NCBI GenBank assembly: GCA_017499595.2
Contig: CM039005.1
Span: 2,294,001-2,358,000, forward strand
Length of the DNA stretch: 64,000 nt
Origin: Psilocybe cubensis
Lineage: Eukaryota
Direction of reading: 5' to 3'
The position numbers and the translations under genes are program-made. Every line of letters begins with the position of its first letter. The first letter of the stretch is position 1. The notes under the pieces were generated by a model that saw nothing but the letters and a program-made list of their open reading frames with translations, did no database searches and had not been told where the DNA came from. Below, piece by piece: positions 13,296 to 27,086 of the stretch.

Positions 13296-14609
13296 ATGAA
13301 CGGTCAGTACTTCACAACCTATCAATGGGCGTATCTAACTGCAATTTCAGGTCTGGTTTCCTACGATTACGATTCTCCAAGTGATTCAGAAGCTGTACCG
13401 TCGACCTCTAGCAACCCTCAAAACACCAATGTGAGATCTTTCGTTGTTGTTCCTTTCCACAATAGTTTCCCTTTCGCTGGCATCCGTTTCCGCGTCGGAT
13501 AGGATAAAACATCGATAGCTAGCTTGAAAAGCTCTTCTGAAGGTACGAAATGGCGCCTTCTGTCTTTGGTTGGGTTCGTCCGCTGATGCCAATCATTTTT
13601 TGCAATCAGGGAACCGACGGCTTCCAAAGTCTCAAGTCATCATTAAACGCCCTGCTATAAGCCATAAAACTCAACACCTACGCACCCATAACTCGGACGA
13701 TCTCATCAGTAATGACCCGTCCAAAAAGGCAGGGCCATCGACAGAAGGTTCACCTATGGACATCAGTTCCTCGTCGAGTCGCCAACCATCCACTCGTCCA
13801 GGTCCCTCGGCAGAGCCTCAAGACGAGCTAGCACGCATCCGAGCTCTTCTACGGCCTAAACCCATACCAGGGGTCGAGAACTGGGGTATCCCTGCAGAGC
13901 CGACGGAGAAGTGTGAACCTGCTTTACAAGTCTGTCGTCATGCCTATATCTTCGTGACTATTTCACTGATTTCTGCATGAAGACACAATTCACCCGTTTC
14001 TCTTCTCTCAAAACCGACCCTAAGAATCCCAAACACTACAACGACTCTCTGATGTCCAACAGGTCTTTCCGAAATCCCCATTTATATACTCAGCTTGTTG
14101 ACTGGGTTGACGTGGACGAACGGACGACGAACTTTCCAAAAGACATCTGGGATCCCAACGATGTCAAGCCTGAATGGTTCGCAAGTCAAATTGGTATGTC
14201 TGCATTTTTGCTTCGTCAAGAATCTAATTCATGCCATTCTGTTTACCCTCTCTCGCCGCTCTTTCCCACCTTTCACCGAAAACGACCTACACCCTCATCG
14301 ATGTGGACTATCTCACTTTCTTTTCCTCTTTATCTTTTATGCTCGCTCCTGCTGTGTGCTTCTGCTTGGTTTCTGTTACGTCCATTGGGCTGCAAATCTT
14401 GGGTCCGCCAATTCGAAGCTGACGCTCAGAAGGAGCGATCAGAAAAGCAGGCTGCGGCTCAAGCACCTGGAAAGCGAAGTCATATCGAGTTCTCTAGCTC
14501 AAAGGACAAAGCCCCGCCGCCCAAGAAAAGTCGGTTCCAGCCTTATGGATCGTCTGGCGTCAGTGGCGTGGCGAGCACAAGAGAAAGGCAGAAGACACGT
14601 TGGGGCTAG
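13296..14609 (+). CDS. SAP30-binding protein / HCNGP-like nuclear protein
   Basis: [16 protein letters not shown]..., [58 protein letters not shown]-terminal KTRWG*. These match the HCNGP family pattern; GT-AG introns are present. Confidence 0.85.
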
Positions 14610-15019
14610 TAGTTCCTCACCGTACAGGTTCCTCGTGTTCAATTCAATCTATCCTCTTTCTGTTTAATACCCTTTCTCTTTCATGTTTAATCACGTTGGG
14701 CTGGATCAGTAGATCACATTGACAAGACCAAGACAAGACTATCGTAATCTAAAACTTTGTTTTTCATTCAAGTCGTCAAAGCAGGACATATTACAGCCTG
14801 TAATCAAAAGCAAGATGTTTTGATGAGAAGACATACGATTAAGTGCTCGTGTTACTTTGAAGATCTTAGGTGCGTTCGATTACTTTTCGATTGATATGGC
14901 AAACTAAATTGAATATTTGCAAGTGAGAATCTCGATGGATAGTGCACGTTCTATGCCCTTTCATCCTTTATGCCTTTCAATTTTCAGCCTCATTCCCTTG
15001 ATAACTTCGTTGGTCACGC

Positions 15020-16075
15020 TTAATTGGTCAAGAAAGAGGTCACTGTTGCCATATATCTTTCCCTCTCTTCAAAATGAGCCAAGTGAGATGAGTCCTATGC
15101 CGGCCGCAAATGTCAATAAACAAGTGGTAAGGTTATGATAAAACAGGGCTTACCGCAAAAACAACCCATTTCACTTTGGGCAGAATATCAAAGAAAGGAG
15201 CGACGAGCTCTTCAGTGACTTCATCGTACCGTCCGTTCGTCAGGAGAGTTGGGACGTTGATCTTGTGTATTTGATCAACAACGGAATAGTTCTTCAGCGA
15301 TCCCTGGATCTTAAACTCGGACGGCCCATTCCTGAGATGAAATACAAAATTTGTGAGTTTGTATCCTGAAAAAATGAACTGAAAAGCATATGCACATAGT
15401 CATGTATACCGTAGGATCTTTCGCGATCCAGGCAAAGCCATTTACGAGCTCTTGAGGCATGGGATCCATTCGGCACACATAACGGGCATTGAAGACGTCG
15501 CTCGCCGTCTTGTACTCGTCACTCTCTGTCGTCCCCGCCTCCTCATGCTTGGTCAACGTGTCTTGGACATCCTGAGGTAGCTGAGATCTCAGCTTCTCTT
15601 GCGATATGACTGTAGCAGGCATATCCGCAGGCCCAGAGGCAATGATGAGATGCTTCAATCCTTTCGGCTGGGTTATTGCATAGCTAGCGGCGAAAATGCC
15701 TCCCCAGGAATGGCCGAGGAGGTCAAAGTCGTCGGCGATGCCGAGATGCTGGAGGAGGTTGTTGAGCTCGTCGATGAAGAGCTGCACCGTCCAGAACGCC
15801 TCGTCTCCCATCTTTTCTGGAAGGTGCGTCGACAGGCCGTTGCCAATCTGATCGTAGAAGACCACAGGTATGGAGTGGGAGGCTGTGATATCTGAGAGGG
15901 GTGTGAGGTACTCATGGTTGACTCCTGGGCCGCCATGCAATGTGACCAGGGGCCGTTTCCCAGCGTTGAGGTCGCCGTATACTTTGTACCATGTCTTGCA
16001 CTGCTTTCCGCCAGCAGCTGGGACATCGAATGGGGCCTCTCCTGTGGTAACTTTGAGAGAATCGTTAATGGACAT
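15020..16075 (-). CDS. Proline iminopeptidase (proline-specific peptidase, alpha/beta hydrolase S33)
   Basis: TWYKVYG..PLVTLHGGPG, YDQIGNGLS, LLGHSWGG nucleophile elbow, NGPSEF, VPTLLTNGRYDE, final exon DSSHLAHFEERERYMATVTSFLTN* (stop 15020-15022). Confidence 0.93.
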
Positions 16076-16849
16076 GGCGCTTTCCGTTTAGTTACGATGA
16101 CGATGGAGAATTTCAAGATAGGATAGCTGATCAAGCCTTTTAAGTCGCAACTCAATGTATCTAGACCTTTCTTAGATGATAATGCCCATGGTCAGCGCTA
16201 CTTTTAGCTTTTGAGAAAGCGGTATGGAATTGCCGACTGGGTCCGCATGGAACAACGAACCGGAAGCAATGCTGAGGATTGAGGATACTTTGCAAGCCAG
16301 GTAGGACAGTGAGGACAGATATGACTGACAACACGTCTTGAGCCATAGCGTTACCAACTAAACTAGGTGTAAACTGGTATGCCTATGTTGGGGCGCTTAT
16401 TTTTGGGTGCTTGCAGAACTTGATTTTGATTGGAGGTAATCTAACACGAGACTAGATATTCATCCAAATTAGGGGAATCAGCGACATTCCAAGTTGAGAT
16501 TTATCACCTATCGTCACATATCTTCGCGCAGTATGATCGGTTTACAACGTTCAATGCATTAGCCCTCTTTTTCATCGTAGGAGGGAGTTAAGTGAATTGT
16601 ACGCAAAACTGAGATAGAAAGTCGATAACAACTTCCATAAACATTTTCCTTTCTTCAAGATCGAGATGTCCTTTGCGCACAGAATTTTCTATACAGTATG
16701 CATTGGTTGTCAACTACGGTGAAACAGAAATGATGGAAGCCGACCTCAGATTTGACCCCTTCACCCTGGATATAGCTTTTAAGTGCGGTGCGACGACAGC
16801 ATCTGTCATCTCATCGTGGCTTCCGTTGTTCAGAAGCGTTGGAGCATTG

Positions 16850-17660
16850 ATCAAGAGGTGTCATTAACAACGGTAGATGTTTCAGTGATTCAGTGATCTT
16901 GAGCTCCTGAAGGTCCTTTGCCAAAGATAATACTGACATGGTCATACACAGTGAAGGAGGAAGAGGAGGGGGATGTTCGATCCATCGATCCACCCAAAAT
17001 TCAAGATCCATGAAAAATTGGCTATGGCATGAATTTAGAATAGTCGGCCACCGGTAGACATGTCTGTTTGTTTCACTGCTCGATATATTCCTTTGTATCT
17101 GTACGCTGTTGTCTCCGTGCTGCTTGGGTAATTCATGCACACATCGGAGGTTAGTTGGGATCGCAGTGCCTTTTGAAAATCGATAGTCGACGAGGTGTCT
17201 GCAGGCAAAAGCTTGAAGGACACTATTAAGTGCTTCAGACCCTACGGCTTCGTTATCGCAAAACTGTCAGCAAAGATAAAAATTCTCCGCCCAGGAGAGT
17301 CCGAGAAGGCCAAAATCTTCAACAATCCCCAGACCGTCATGTATATTGTTGAACTCCTTGATGCAAAGCTATGCTGTCCAGAATTTCGTGCCTCGCATTT
17401 TCTCCAGAAAGTGTGTGGAAAGCAGCCGATAGCAATCTGATTGCAACAGGAAAATAGAATACGAGACTGTGATGTATCTGAGAGAATATCGGGATAGTCT
17501 GAGTCGACTCCTACGCCACCGTGAAGAGCGACCAAGGGCTTTGTCCCAGAGCGGAGTTCACCAAAGATATTGTACCACGTTTTGGAGGGATCCCCAACAG
17601 ATGGAATGTCCGAGGAAAAGATCTATCCGGTAGTTGTTTTTACAGACGCATGAGAAGATA
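16850..17660 (-). pseudogene. Degenerate tandem copy of the proline iminopeptidase
   Basis: Fragments across frames: KTWYNIFGELRSGTKPLVALHGGVG / STHFLEKMRGTKFWTA*LCIKEFNNIHDGLGIVEDFGLLGLSW / FADSFAITKP*GLKHLI..PADTSSTIDFQKALRSQL / ELKITESLK. They are collinear with the gene at 15020-16075 but carry stops and frameshifts. Confidence 0.85.
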
Positions 17661-19530
17661 TACGGATAGTGAGTTGTTGCAAAGGAACATTTTGGTTGTG
17701 TGCAGGTCAAGATTGGTGCACAATATGAACGTGTTGGTTCGGTTGTATCTCCTCTGCCAGTACTAGTGTGGCAGTATACGATCTCCACAATTTTTAGGCC
17801 TTTTCGGCACATTGAAAGAGAGAGAGAGAGAGAGGCGATTGATCAACATTATGATCCTTCTAGAGTCGTCTTGATAGTATCATTTACCAATGGGTATGAG
17901 TATCAGCTAGGTGGCGAGTTAATATTGGTGCAATCTGATATACTAGGTCGGCCGCGTTAGCGCCCCTTGAACCTAAACATGCTTAGTCAGCAGGCATTTT
18001 AGACCGTGTACCTTTTGGTTTATCAAAGGGGTTACATGTTGGACGCGACCACATGCGCTCAGATAATAGGTGCATGAGAGTTTGACGGATACCCGAAGTA
18101 GAGCTCACAGGCTTGACCACGTCCACGTCGCGCTCTATTGCCAGCAGCCACCACTCTACTCCGAACTCTTCGACCCTTCCTCAATGTCGTACCGTAGCCC
18201 CTTGTAAGTTCATTGCGACCACCGTGCTGTATGATCTGGCATTGATTACCACACAGTGCTGTTGTGTTTCTCATCCATATTGCTTTGGAGATCCCTGTGG
18301 CCATCCAAGGCATCTGGTCACCTGCCAACTTGCCCTTCATTCAGCTGAATAACACTGCAGTCGTTCTACTCAAGGTTGGGCCAAATCAACCCCGACAAGC
18401 ACCGGAACAATCACTAATTAGTTAATATTGGGCAGTTATACGCTTCTTTAGTCTTGGGGACATGTATTGCGTCACTGTTGGCATTCAATCTTCCTGGTAC
18501 GTTGCACCAAGTCTGTCAACCCTGCACTTTGATTTCCTCCGTCCAAATTATTCCCCTTTTTTGACCCGCAATCCTTGTTACACAGATTTTCTTCCCGGGA
18601 AGCGTGCGTTGGCCATCGGGCTCACGGTATATCACACCGTTTGTTCTACCGTTCTCTACCAAGCACCCAGGTTCATTCCGCACAGTTTCGGTGCACTAGC
18701 AGAGTCGTAAGCCTTCCTTCCTTCCATCTTCAATACCTTATTCAAATATGACTTATATAGACTCAACATTACCCCTGAAGTTGTATGGGGTACTGCACAC
18801 GGAATTGTCGGCCTCGCTATGATCGGCTGGTGGCAGGCTACTGTCCAACTTACCCAAATGGCTAGGGCAGCTAGCGCTCAACAAGGTTGAGAGATGCAGT
18901 CCCTGTAGAATTGCCCTAGTAGTCGGAGAAGGTCGCATTTTCACTCCCGTTAACCAGGAGCTCAGATCTGACGATGGCTCCCGTTTCATACGATACTGGT
19001 CATGTTGTGCTCGTATTGTAATTAATGTATGATTGTCCGAATATCAACAACAAAATCTGGTGCATAGAATAAATAAGTAATTGCTACAGTTGACTGCAAA
19101 TAATTGAAGCATAAATGATACACAAATGCGAAATGAAAGAATGCAATGACACGAGGATAAAATGCATGGGTATTGGAAAAACAAAACGAATGAGAGTGTT
19201 CCATGAAAAGCAATCAGAGGCAGATGGAAACAATGATGAAGGAGAACAGTATGTGAACGATGCGAATAAAATGCAAGATCATCATGAACAAAATTACGTC
19301 GTAAGAAAATCAGTGAACAGCATGTCGTTGCCGCAAGAAGTCATCAAGTCGTCAAAAATCATGATAGTTGTCGAAGAAAAGCAAAGGATGACTGTTATGA
19401 GAAAGAAGGAGAGGTCCAAATAGGCAGAGTTGTTAGCATAACGAGATATGAAACGAAGAGCTAGCAAGCAAGTTTTAGGACACTGAACATCATAATCATT
19501 GCAAAGGGAGGACTTACCGAATGAAAATTG

Positions 19531-20259
19531 CTAGTCGAATACGCAAGCCACTTCTGATCTGCCAGAGCAATCCGTGGTGACAAAGAGAATCTCTCCAGGT
19601 CCATAGTGAATATTTCTTCTGGCGGGGTACAGCTTTAGTGTCCTAGAGCTGGCGACTTCGATGGTAACTAGCATCCCTAACTCTAGGGATAGAGCGAGAG
19701 CCTCGAGCATGATGCGAGGATTTGTGGTAAGATCAATTCCTAAAGAGGTTTCCATCACCATCTCATCCACCTCAACGTGGGCGACGGAAACTTTCTCTAG
19801 GAAAATCATCAGCTGGGGTGTAATGAGGCAGAATAGCTCGAATAGTAACTCACTAGGGGCGTCTCTGTACAGTTCAGACTCCCGCGCAGGAAGATAGATC
19901 CTCCAAGTCATCATGCGTTTTCCCCCCCGAGCATAAGGATCTGGAGAAGTGTAGACAAATGTTGCCTGTTGAATCCGAGAGGATTGGTCTGCCACGCAGA
20001 ATTGCTCTCGGAATTCGTATGATTTGTAGGAGATTCGAGGGTTATCATAGCGATCCCAATGGAAAGGAAAGCCGCAAGGCATGTTGGATAGTTGATTCCT
20101 TTTCAAAAGGTTCCGTAGGTAGCATTTAATAGTGAGGTGGTCGTGATTATAAACCTGGTTGTAGAGTATTGTGTTGGGGGGTGGTTTGGGAAGGGCGGCA
20201 TAAGGTGTAGAATAGCCGTAGTGTAGTGTTGGGATATTAGAAGGAGGATAACAAGTCAT
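19531..20259 (-). CDS. Hypothetical protein (242-aa uninterrupted ORF)
   Basis: Long ATG-to-TAG ORF with protein-like composition and a TATA-like TATAATA just upstream on the minus strand. No family recognised. Confidence 0.55.
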   Translation of the reverse strand: MTCYPPSNIPTLHYGYSTPYAALPKPPPNTILYNQVYNHDHLTIKCYLRNLLKRNQLSNMPCGFPFHWDRYDNPRISYKSYEFREQFCVADQSSRIQQATFVYTSPDPYARGGKRMMTWRIYLPARESELYRDAPSELLFELFCLITPQLMIFLEKVSVAHVEVDEMVMETSLGIDLTTNPRIMLEALALSLELGMLVTIEVASSRTLKLYPARRNIHYGPGEILFVTTDCSGRSEVACVFD

Positions 20260-21852
20260 GGGTATAAGTTGATGCTGAATAGTTGAATAGCGGACCAGCC
20301 CCCTAATTGGCGTGAAAACAAGGTATTATATGAAGAAGAAGGTAGAACGAAATCTGCTCTAGAATTGCAGATACTAAGCTAAAACAACAGTCGGATAAGT
20401 AGAGAGAAGGAACAGAATCTAAAGGCAGCTCAACTCAATGCATAGTCGATGACTTTATAATGGCAACAAAGCTTCCCATTAGGTCATTGCAATCAGTTAG
20501 TCTTGCGTTTTGCTTCGCGACGCGTCGAAGACAAAAGATAGACAAGGTCAGACAAGGAGTTGCATCGTCGTCACGAAGAAACGTGGGTAGCGCTTCCAAA
20601 CTGGTTTCTGGCTCCCATTGATAATAGAACATCACTTGTGGGCGTATAACACAAGAAGATCAAGAACAACAATAAACAAGGGGGAGGTCCCCGTTCGTGA
20701 CACTGCTTTGGTGCTAGTTCGATATGCCGATGGCGAAATTGATGAGATTTGGATTCGGCACTGGGACGGCACCTTTCGAGGCACTTTAGCTTCGGCCAAT
20801 CTCATTTTTTGTTTCTCACTGAAATAAGAGGTTCCATAGGCTATACGGAATCTGTCACGCTCTGACCCTTTGAGGAAATTGAATTAAAGTTTTCTAATAA
20901 AAGATTTCATCAGCCATACATAGCCGAACCCCCCGTAGTATCATGTTCGAGAGAAGTATTCAATACTCGAGTATCAACAATGATTTGGTTGCAATTAACA
21001 AACGAAAATTGGCCGAGCTGTCGCACTAAAGGGTACATATACCCGTGTGATGTCTTTTCCGGGTACATAATTGCGGATTTAATCGTGAAGAGAACTTTAA
21101 CATCCATCCCAAGATCTTTTCATAGGGTTTCTAGCACACAGCATGCTATCGATCCAAGAATAGCTGAGGTCTTTCGGTTTACATGAATGTAAGTATGAGA
21201 GCGAATGACCCAGTGGAATGAAGATAATTTAGAGCGAAGCGGTGTGACCCGGTCAGATATCATTATTCATTAAGTATGAACAGCCCTCCTAGTCATCTTT
21301 GAGGCGCAGGCCTCGAACGAGTGTGTTTCATACATACTTTCGTATCAGTAAAGTGCTGGAACTGCGACGCTGTGAGGCATTGGACGATCTGTGATCCGTT
21401 TTACCAGCACGTTTTTCAAATTCATAAAGAAGTAGCCTTCAGGATCAAAGAGATAAAGTCTCTAAAGGTGACCGGAACAGGAAACTATGCGCAATAAGCG
21501 CCCCGGGATCGGAGATAAGTGAAGCATACTTGCTACCGCGCTTGATTTTTGACATTGTATGACAATAGCGCTTTAGAGAGTATGGATGGTGTCGTGTTTT
21601 GCCATGAGCGACTGTCAATTGAGGCTCCAATTTGTAGCGGAAATAACAGTTCATTTTAATTACAAAAAAGTGCAGAGCGACACCATCTGATCAGAAAATT
21701 TGCATGGCAAAATTTGATCCTTTGAACGGAAAACATGGCTATAAATAGATCAGACGATCCTGCGTTGTCGATGCGTCGATCCTCTAAAGTGAAAACACAG
21801 CAAAAAAAGATATCAAGGAACATCGTCGTATGATAAGACAATGCTTTAGTAG

Positions 21853-23988
21853 CTAATCCGCTTTTTCTGCTCGTCGTCCCTGCCAATAAGTTCCATTTGG
21901 CCATTCGTATTCGGCAATACTGGATTTGTACATTTCAATGCTAGAGGGCAAGGATCAAAACATGAATCAGATATCTTAGAAATTTGATAAAATGATAGAC
22001 CAATGAAGGGAAACAAAAAATCCCTTCATCGCGAGGTGGAAAGATATTGGTAACAAAATGTCATGGAAGTATTCACTTACCTATATCCTTCATCCGGATT
22101 CACAGGTACGTTGTACCTTCCTCGAGCATTGATGGAGCATGGAGTAACGAAGTGTTCATGGAGATGATCAACAAACTCCAGGACGTTGCGCTCCATGGTG
22201 CCAGAGATGCAGATATAGTCGATCAAACTGGTGGCAGTACATTTGTTAGAATTGATCAACATTATAACAGAGGAATTCAATAGCAGCTCTACCTGAGGTG
22301 AATCACATATTCGCACAACCCAACTCCCCCAGCATGTGGGCATACGGGAACACCGAACCTAATGTTTGGTAAGAAAAAATCTCTGAAACAATCATAAATA
22401 CGAACTTGGCTGCCATGAGCAACACACTGATGACTTCGCTAACACCAGCTAGCCTGCAAGAATCGATTTGAACGACATCAATTGCATCGGCTTGTAGGAG
22501 CTGCTTGAAGACCATGCGGTTGTGCGCGTGCTCCCCGGTAGCAACACCAATACCATGCGGCTTGAGAGCTTTTCGGATGGCTGCGTGCCCTAAGATGTCG
22601 TCCGGAGCGGTAGGTTCCTCAATAAACCTGCCGGGTATTCGTATCAGCGTATCAGCAGCGGTTTACCCGGAAGTGAGGAGGCCTATCGCAAAAATATTCA
22701 TACCATGGCTTTATCTCTTCGAGTCCTTTCACATAGTCGATAGCTTGTTGGACATCCCACACCTGATTAGCGTCAATCATAAGGACTGCCCCAGTCGGCC
22801 CGGCATTCTTCCCTCTTAGATCCTCACCGTTGGGGTCACGCGGTTGGGAGCCAGCGGGCAGATACTGAGGGTCGTCGATAATCGAGCGGATGAGTTTACC
22901 CCGCCGGATATCGTCGGCTTGATCAGCTCCAACTTTCATTTTGAAATGATTAAAACCACCAGAAACGGCTTCTTTCGTTAGACGGGCGACCTTTTCATCA
23001 GAATAGCCTAAAAATACAGGGTATATTTACTCTCTACATCAATCAAAATGAGATTGGGTCACGTACCTAACCATCCAGCAGAAGTCACATAGGCTGGATA
23101 CCTATGGATAGTAGTAAATAACGCTTTCTGCAAAACAAAGTACAGCGACTCACCCAAGCTCTAAGACTTTTGCTTCTCTTTCTTTCTTTCCCGCCTCCTT
23201 TTCTTTCAGCATGGCCAGCGCCTCTTCCTTCGTGATGGCATCCGAAATGTACCTGAAAGCCGCCGATCTTACCAGTTCTTCCTGTAAAGAATTCTTATAA
23301 TCGAAAAAACAAGGACAATAAAGAAAGACTCTAACTGGAGTAAAATCTACGACAAGCTTCCAAAGAGGTTTTCGGCGTGACCTAGCATACATGTCCCATA
23401 CGGCGTTGTTTACAGCTCCGGATGCGATATGGATGACTCCCTTTTCAGGCCCAATCCTAATAGAGGAATAACATATATTGAAGAGTGTACTTCACTTAGA
23501 GAGAGAAGCGTCTTACCATCGCAGTTGTGGGTCTGCCATCATAAAGTCCCATGTCTTCCCCATATCGGAGAACAATTCTTCTGTGTCTTTACCGACTAGG
23601 CGGCTTGCCACCTCTTTGATGGCGGCGCATACCTAGTCGGAGAACTATCATTCAGCGAGCAAGACAATCATTGGTGGATGAGCCACACACAATATCGTTA
23701 CCACGTCCGATGGTAAATGTCATTCCGTAACCGACTAGTTCGGAATCCGTGAACAAGGCAACGTATGCAGACGAATAATCACAATCTGTGTTCCTGATGC
23801 GTCCAGAAGTTAGTACAATAGAAGAATTAACAATACAAGGAGATGATGCCCACATAGCATCTGTACCGTCACCGGTCAGCGAGGTCGGGAAACGGACATC
23901 TACAGTCTCGTTAGCGCCAACAAAACAATAAGCATTGACATAGACTCGACAGCGAACCGTGCGTCTCAAACCCAGTGATTTTGACCAT
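21853..23988 (-). CDS. Enolase-superfamily sugar-acid dehydratase (L-galactonate/L-fuconate dehydratase, ENOSF1-like)
   Basis: [126 protein letters not shown], ...[18 protein letters not shown] (stop 21853-21855). Confidence 0.92.
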
Positions 23989-24464
23989 ATTTTGTTTTGT
24001 AAGAACAAGAAGGATAGATATGAGCCTCGAAAGAAGATGCAGGTAGAGTGTTATCCATGATTCGACTGTTCTTATAAAGCGCAAGGATGGTGCATAACAA
24101 AAAACAAAGATCAGTTGACTAACCTTCTGCGAACGGCGGGATCGGGCCGTTATCCCCGCTTCCCCTCCGTTCAACCGTTCAGAAACGGCGTTAGGGGTCA
24201 CAGTCTGATCTTAGGGGTAAGATTGGCCGAGAGTTCCCATGAAGTCATGAAATCACACTACAAGGTTATCATGCGAAGCATAGTATCTACTGCTGAACAC
24301 GTATGCATTACCATGCCTCCATTTCAATATATTTGATCTTCGCGGAACCAAAATGGGAGAATTCTTGAGGTTACAAGGGGTTACAAGCCTCAAGATATCG
24401 GTTTATGACAATTTTGAGCCTTGCATTAAGCGCCCAGGTAGATGAATAGATGGTATCAAGGGGT

Positions 24465-25730
24465 CTAAAGGGAAAATTTTTTGAAGCTCCCTATCCCGGT
24501 GCAACATGAGCGTCCTACAAAAGACAGTGACAACGACTTAATACAACTCACACATTTTAAGCTGGCCATCACTCCCTCCTGTATTCCGCCTTTGTTGCTC
24601 AAAGCCATGCAAATTATGGATGTGCTGTGGGCATCTTTAAGAGTACAATGGGTTACTCCATTGTCCCTATTCATGTCCCATACTCGTATACTGCGGTCCC
24701 TGGAGCTTGAAAATATTCACCGATCATCTTTGGATTTTGCAGAGCTGAGCACGTAGTCATGGCCTGTCAGAGTTTTTACGCAAGGAATGGACCCCGGCAA
24801 GGATGGGACAACTGTAGAGGCAGTGTTTAACCAGCTGATATCCCAGCGTTTGAGTGTTTTGTCCAGGCTTGCGCTCACTAGAGCATTTCCATTGTCCTGA
24901 TATGTTAAGTTATAAACGCTGTCTTGGTGACCACAAAGGCTGAGCACCAGCTGGCCGTTCATGATGTCCCATTTTCTCACCGTGCCATCTAGGCTTCTTG
25001 CCGAGACCCAGCTACCGTTGGGCGAGATGGCAACGCATGTGTAGCCCGACTGAGCATCAGAATTATCCGGGTCTCTGAAAACTTTCGATTCCGCGCTGTC
25101 ACAGTTCCAGATACAAACTGTGGCGTCTCTGGACGCTGATGCAAGGATACAACCGTCTGCAGAGTAGTCTAGGGCAACTTCTGATTGGTGGGCAACATAT
25201 GTAGCGCGAATACGCTTGCTTGCAATGTCCTAGATCTTCGTTGAACGTTATGATGTCGATTACATACAACTAAAGGGAATTAGTGACTTACATTGATTGT
25301 CTTATCCTCGGACGCCGTTGCCAGATATTGACCATCAGGACTGAAGCGTACTCCACGAACGTAGTTATCACCTAGTTGGTTTTCCAGGCCATGTTTCAGA
25401 ATGCTATCAGGTTTGAACATCAGAGATTTCGTTAGAATTCAGTAAGTAAAAGAATAATTCAACGCACCAAACTTTTTCCTGGGTCGCTACGTCGGATATT
25501 TGTGCATGCCAGTTGCTACCCGTCGCCAAGTATTTACCGTCGCTCGAGAAGTGCGGCAACACACGACACTATCAGAATGTTCAAAGCGGGGGAAAGCGAA
25601 TAGTATAAGTCCCAATGCTTACCTGCCATGTGGAAATATTTGTAGTAGTGAAATGTTCAGTACTGTCTTCGCGCCCGGATGGTGAATCAAGAACCATTTC
25701 GAACGCAAGTAGTTTTTTAGAGCACTCATA
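24465..25730 (-). pseudogene. Tup1-like WD40 copy B, 5'-truncated pseudogene
   Basis: SKWFLIHHP..VLNISLLQIF, VVCC(-1 frameshift)[35 protein letters not shown] (TGG>TAG at 25230-25232), [22 protein letters not shown] (TGG>TGA at 24717-24719) then SRDRSIRVWD. No Tup_N domain seen upstream. Confidence 0.87.
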
Positions 25731-27075
25731 TTGAAAACAGCAATGCGTGTGCAACAAATCGGGAGAGAAGCGACTCGAAGGAGTATAAAAGAAGCACAGG
25801 TTTATATACTTCTGAGGCCAGCTCTCTATGTCGTAATTCAGAAAAACCAGGTGTCTTCTTTTATCTGACCAACTGTAAAGTGCGCAGCAGACTAGTTTGA
25901 CAGTTTCCTGTAGAGCACAGTGATGGAGAGCCGCAGATATCCAATCTCCATAGCGTCAGACAAATGGCAGAGTGAATTTGGATATATGAAGAGTTTTAAG
26001 CTCGATCTCTACCGCTTGAATGCCTCGGGCTTCTTGCAGGTTTGTTTTTGGTGCCGAGCAAGGTTTTGGAGGACAAAATAATCAGAGGTATGCATTGACG
26101 GCTGTACAGATGATAGACTTTAGGGCTGCCTGGGTGTCAAAGATTACCAGAAATAGATCTCGGGACGGAGGTGATCACAGAGGTAGTTCTCTTTGGTTGA
26201 AAGTTGATTGAAAAGACAAGACGGTGCAGAAAAAAAGTTTTGAAATGTATAATAAACCCCGATTTAAACCCCGCTAGGCTACTAAAGTTGCCCTGGATTC
26301 AAACCCTTTCTCAACTATATCAGCAGAGACAGATACACGCTCTCTGACTTTCATGAAGAAGGCTTGATTTTTAATACAAGACTCCTCTTCAAAGTCGTAG
26401 ATTTGGCTAGATTCGGACTCAGACGCGTTCTTGACGGCCAGCAGCGGAAAATGCTACACTGAAAGGATCGAGAATCATCATGAACCATACCTTGAAAGTT
26501 CTACATCGGAGAGTACCTTACCGCCGACCGGGCCTATTAGATGATACCATGAAATACGGGGCTCGGATACTCCGAGAGTGCTCTGTTCCCGTTAGTGACA
26601 GGTCTATTGCGGGAAAAAATGAAACGAGGAGGGTCACAGCCTTGGTGGGTGTTCATTCCTCTGGAAAACTTTTTCGGTGCTACTTTTCTAATGATAAGAT
26701 TTTGTTATTAGAAAATAGTGTCTAGTATATGATCATACTCTGGCTACTTGTTCAGAGCGCCTGCTTAATCAAGGTGGATCCATTGGATCATAAGTTGGAG
26801 CTCTAGGGTAAACCACGCTCGCTTAACATAACAGTCAATAATCTGCCAATAATTGCATGGCTGCACGAGGCGAAAAAAATTTAAAACAGGTACTTAACAG
26901 GTACCCTGCACGCTTGACATATTTTTTCATGTTTCGCCACTGACTTCAACGAGAAATTGACAGCGGGAGCGTACAGATCTAAAAATATGACCTTACTCTG
27001 TCCGTGATAGGTTTGCGGATTGCTTGCGGCTCGAGTTTGCCTTTGAAGTTGGTCTAGAGGTGTTTTTCTTGGATG

Positions 27076-27086
27076 TGTATAAAAGC
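27076..27086 (+). promoter_or_regulatory. TATA box of the secreted-protein gene
   Basis: GTATAAAAG about 210 bp before ATG 27290. A probable 5'-UTR intron (gtaaga...tacag, ~27195-27258) lies between them. Confidence 0.5.
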
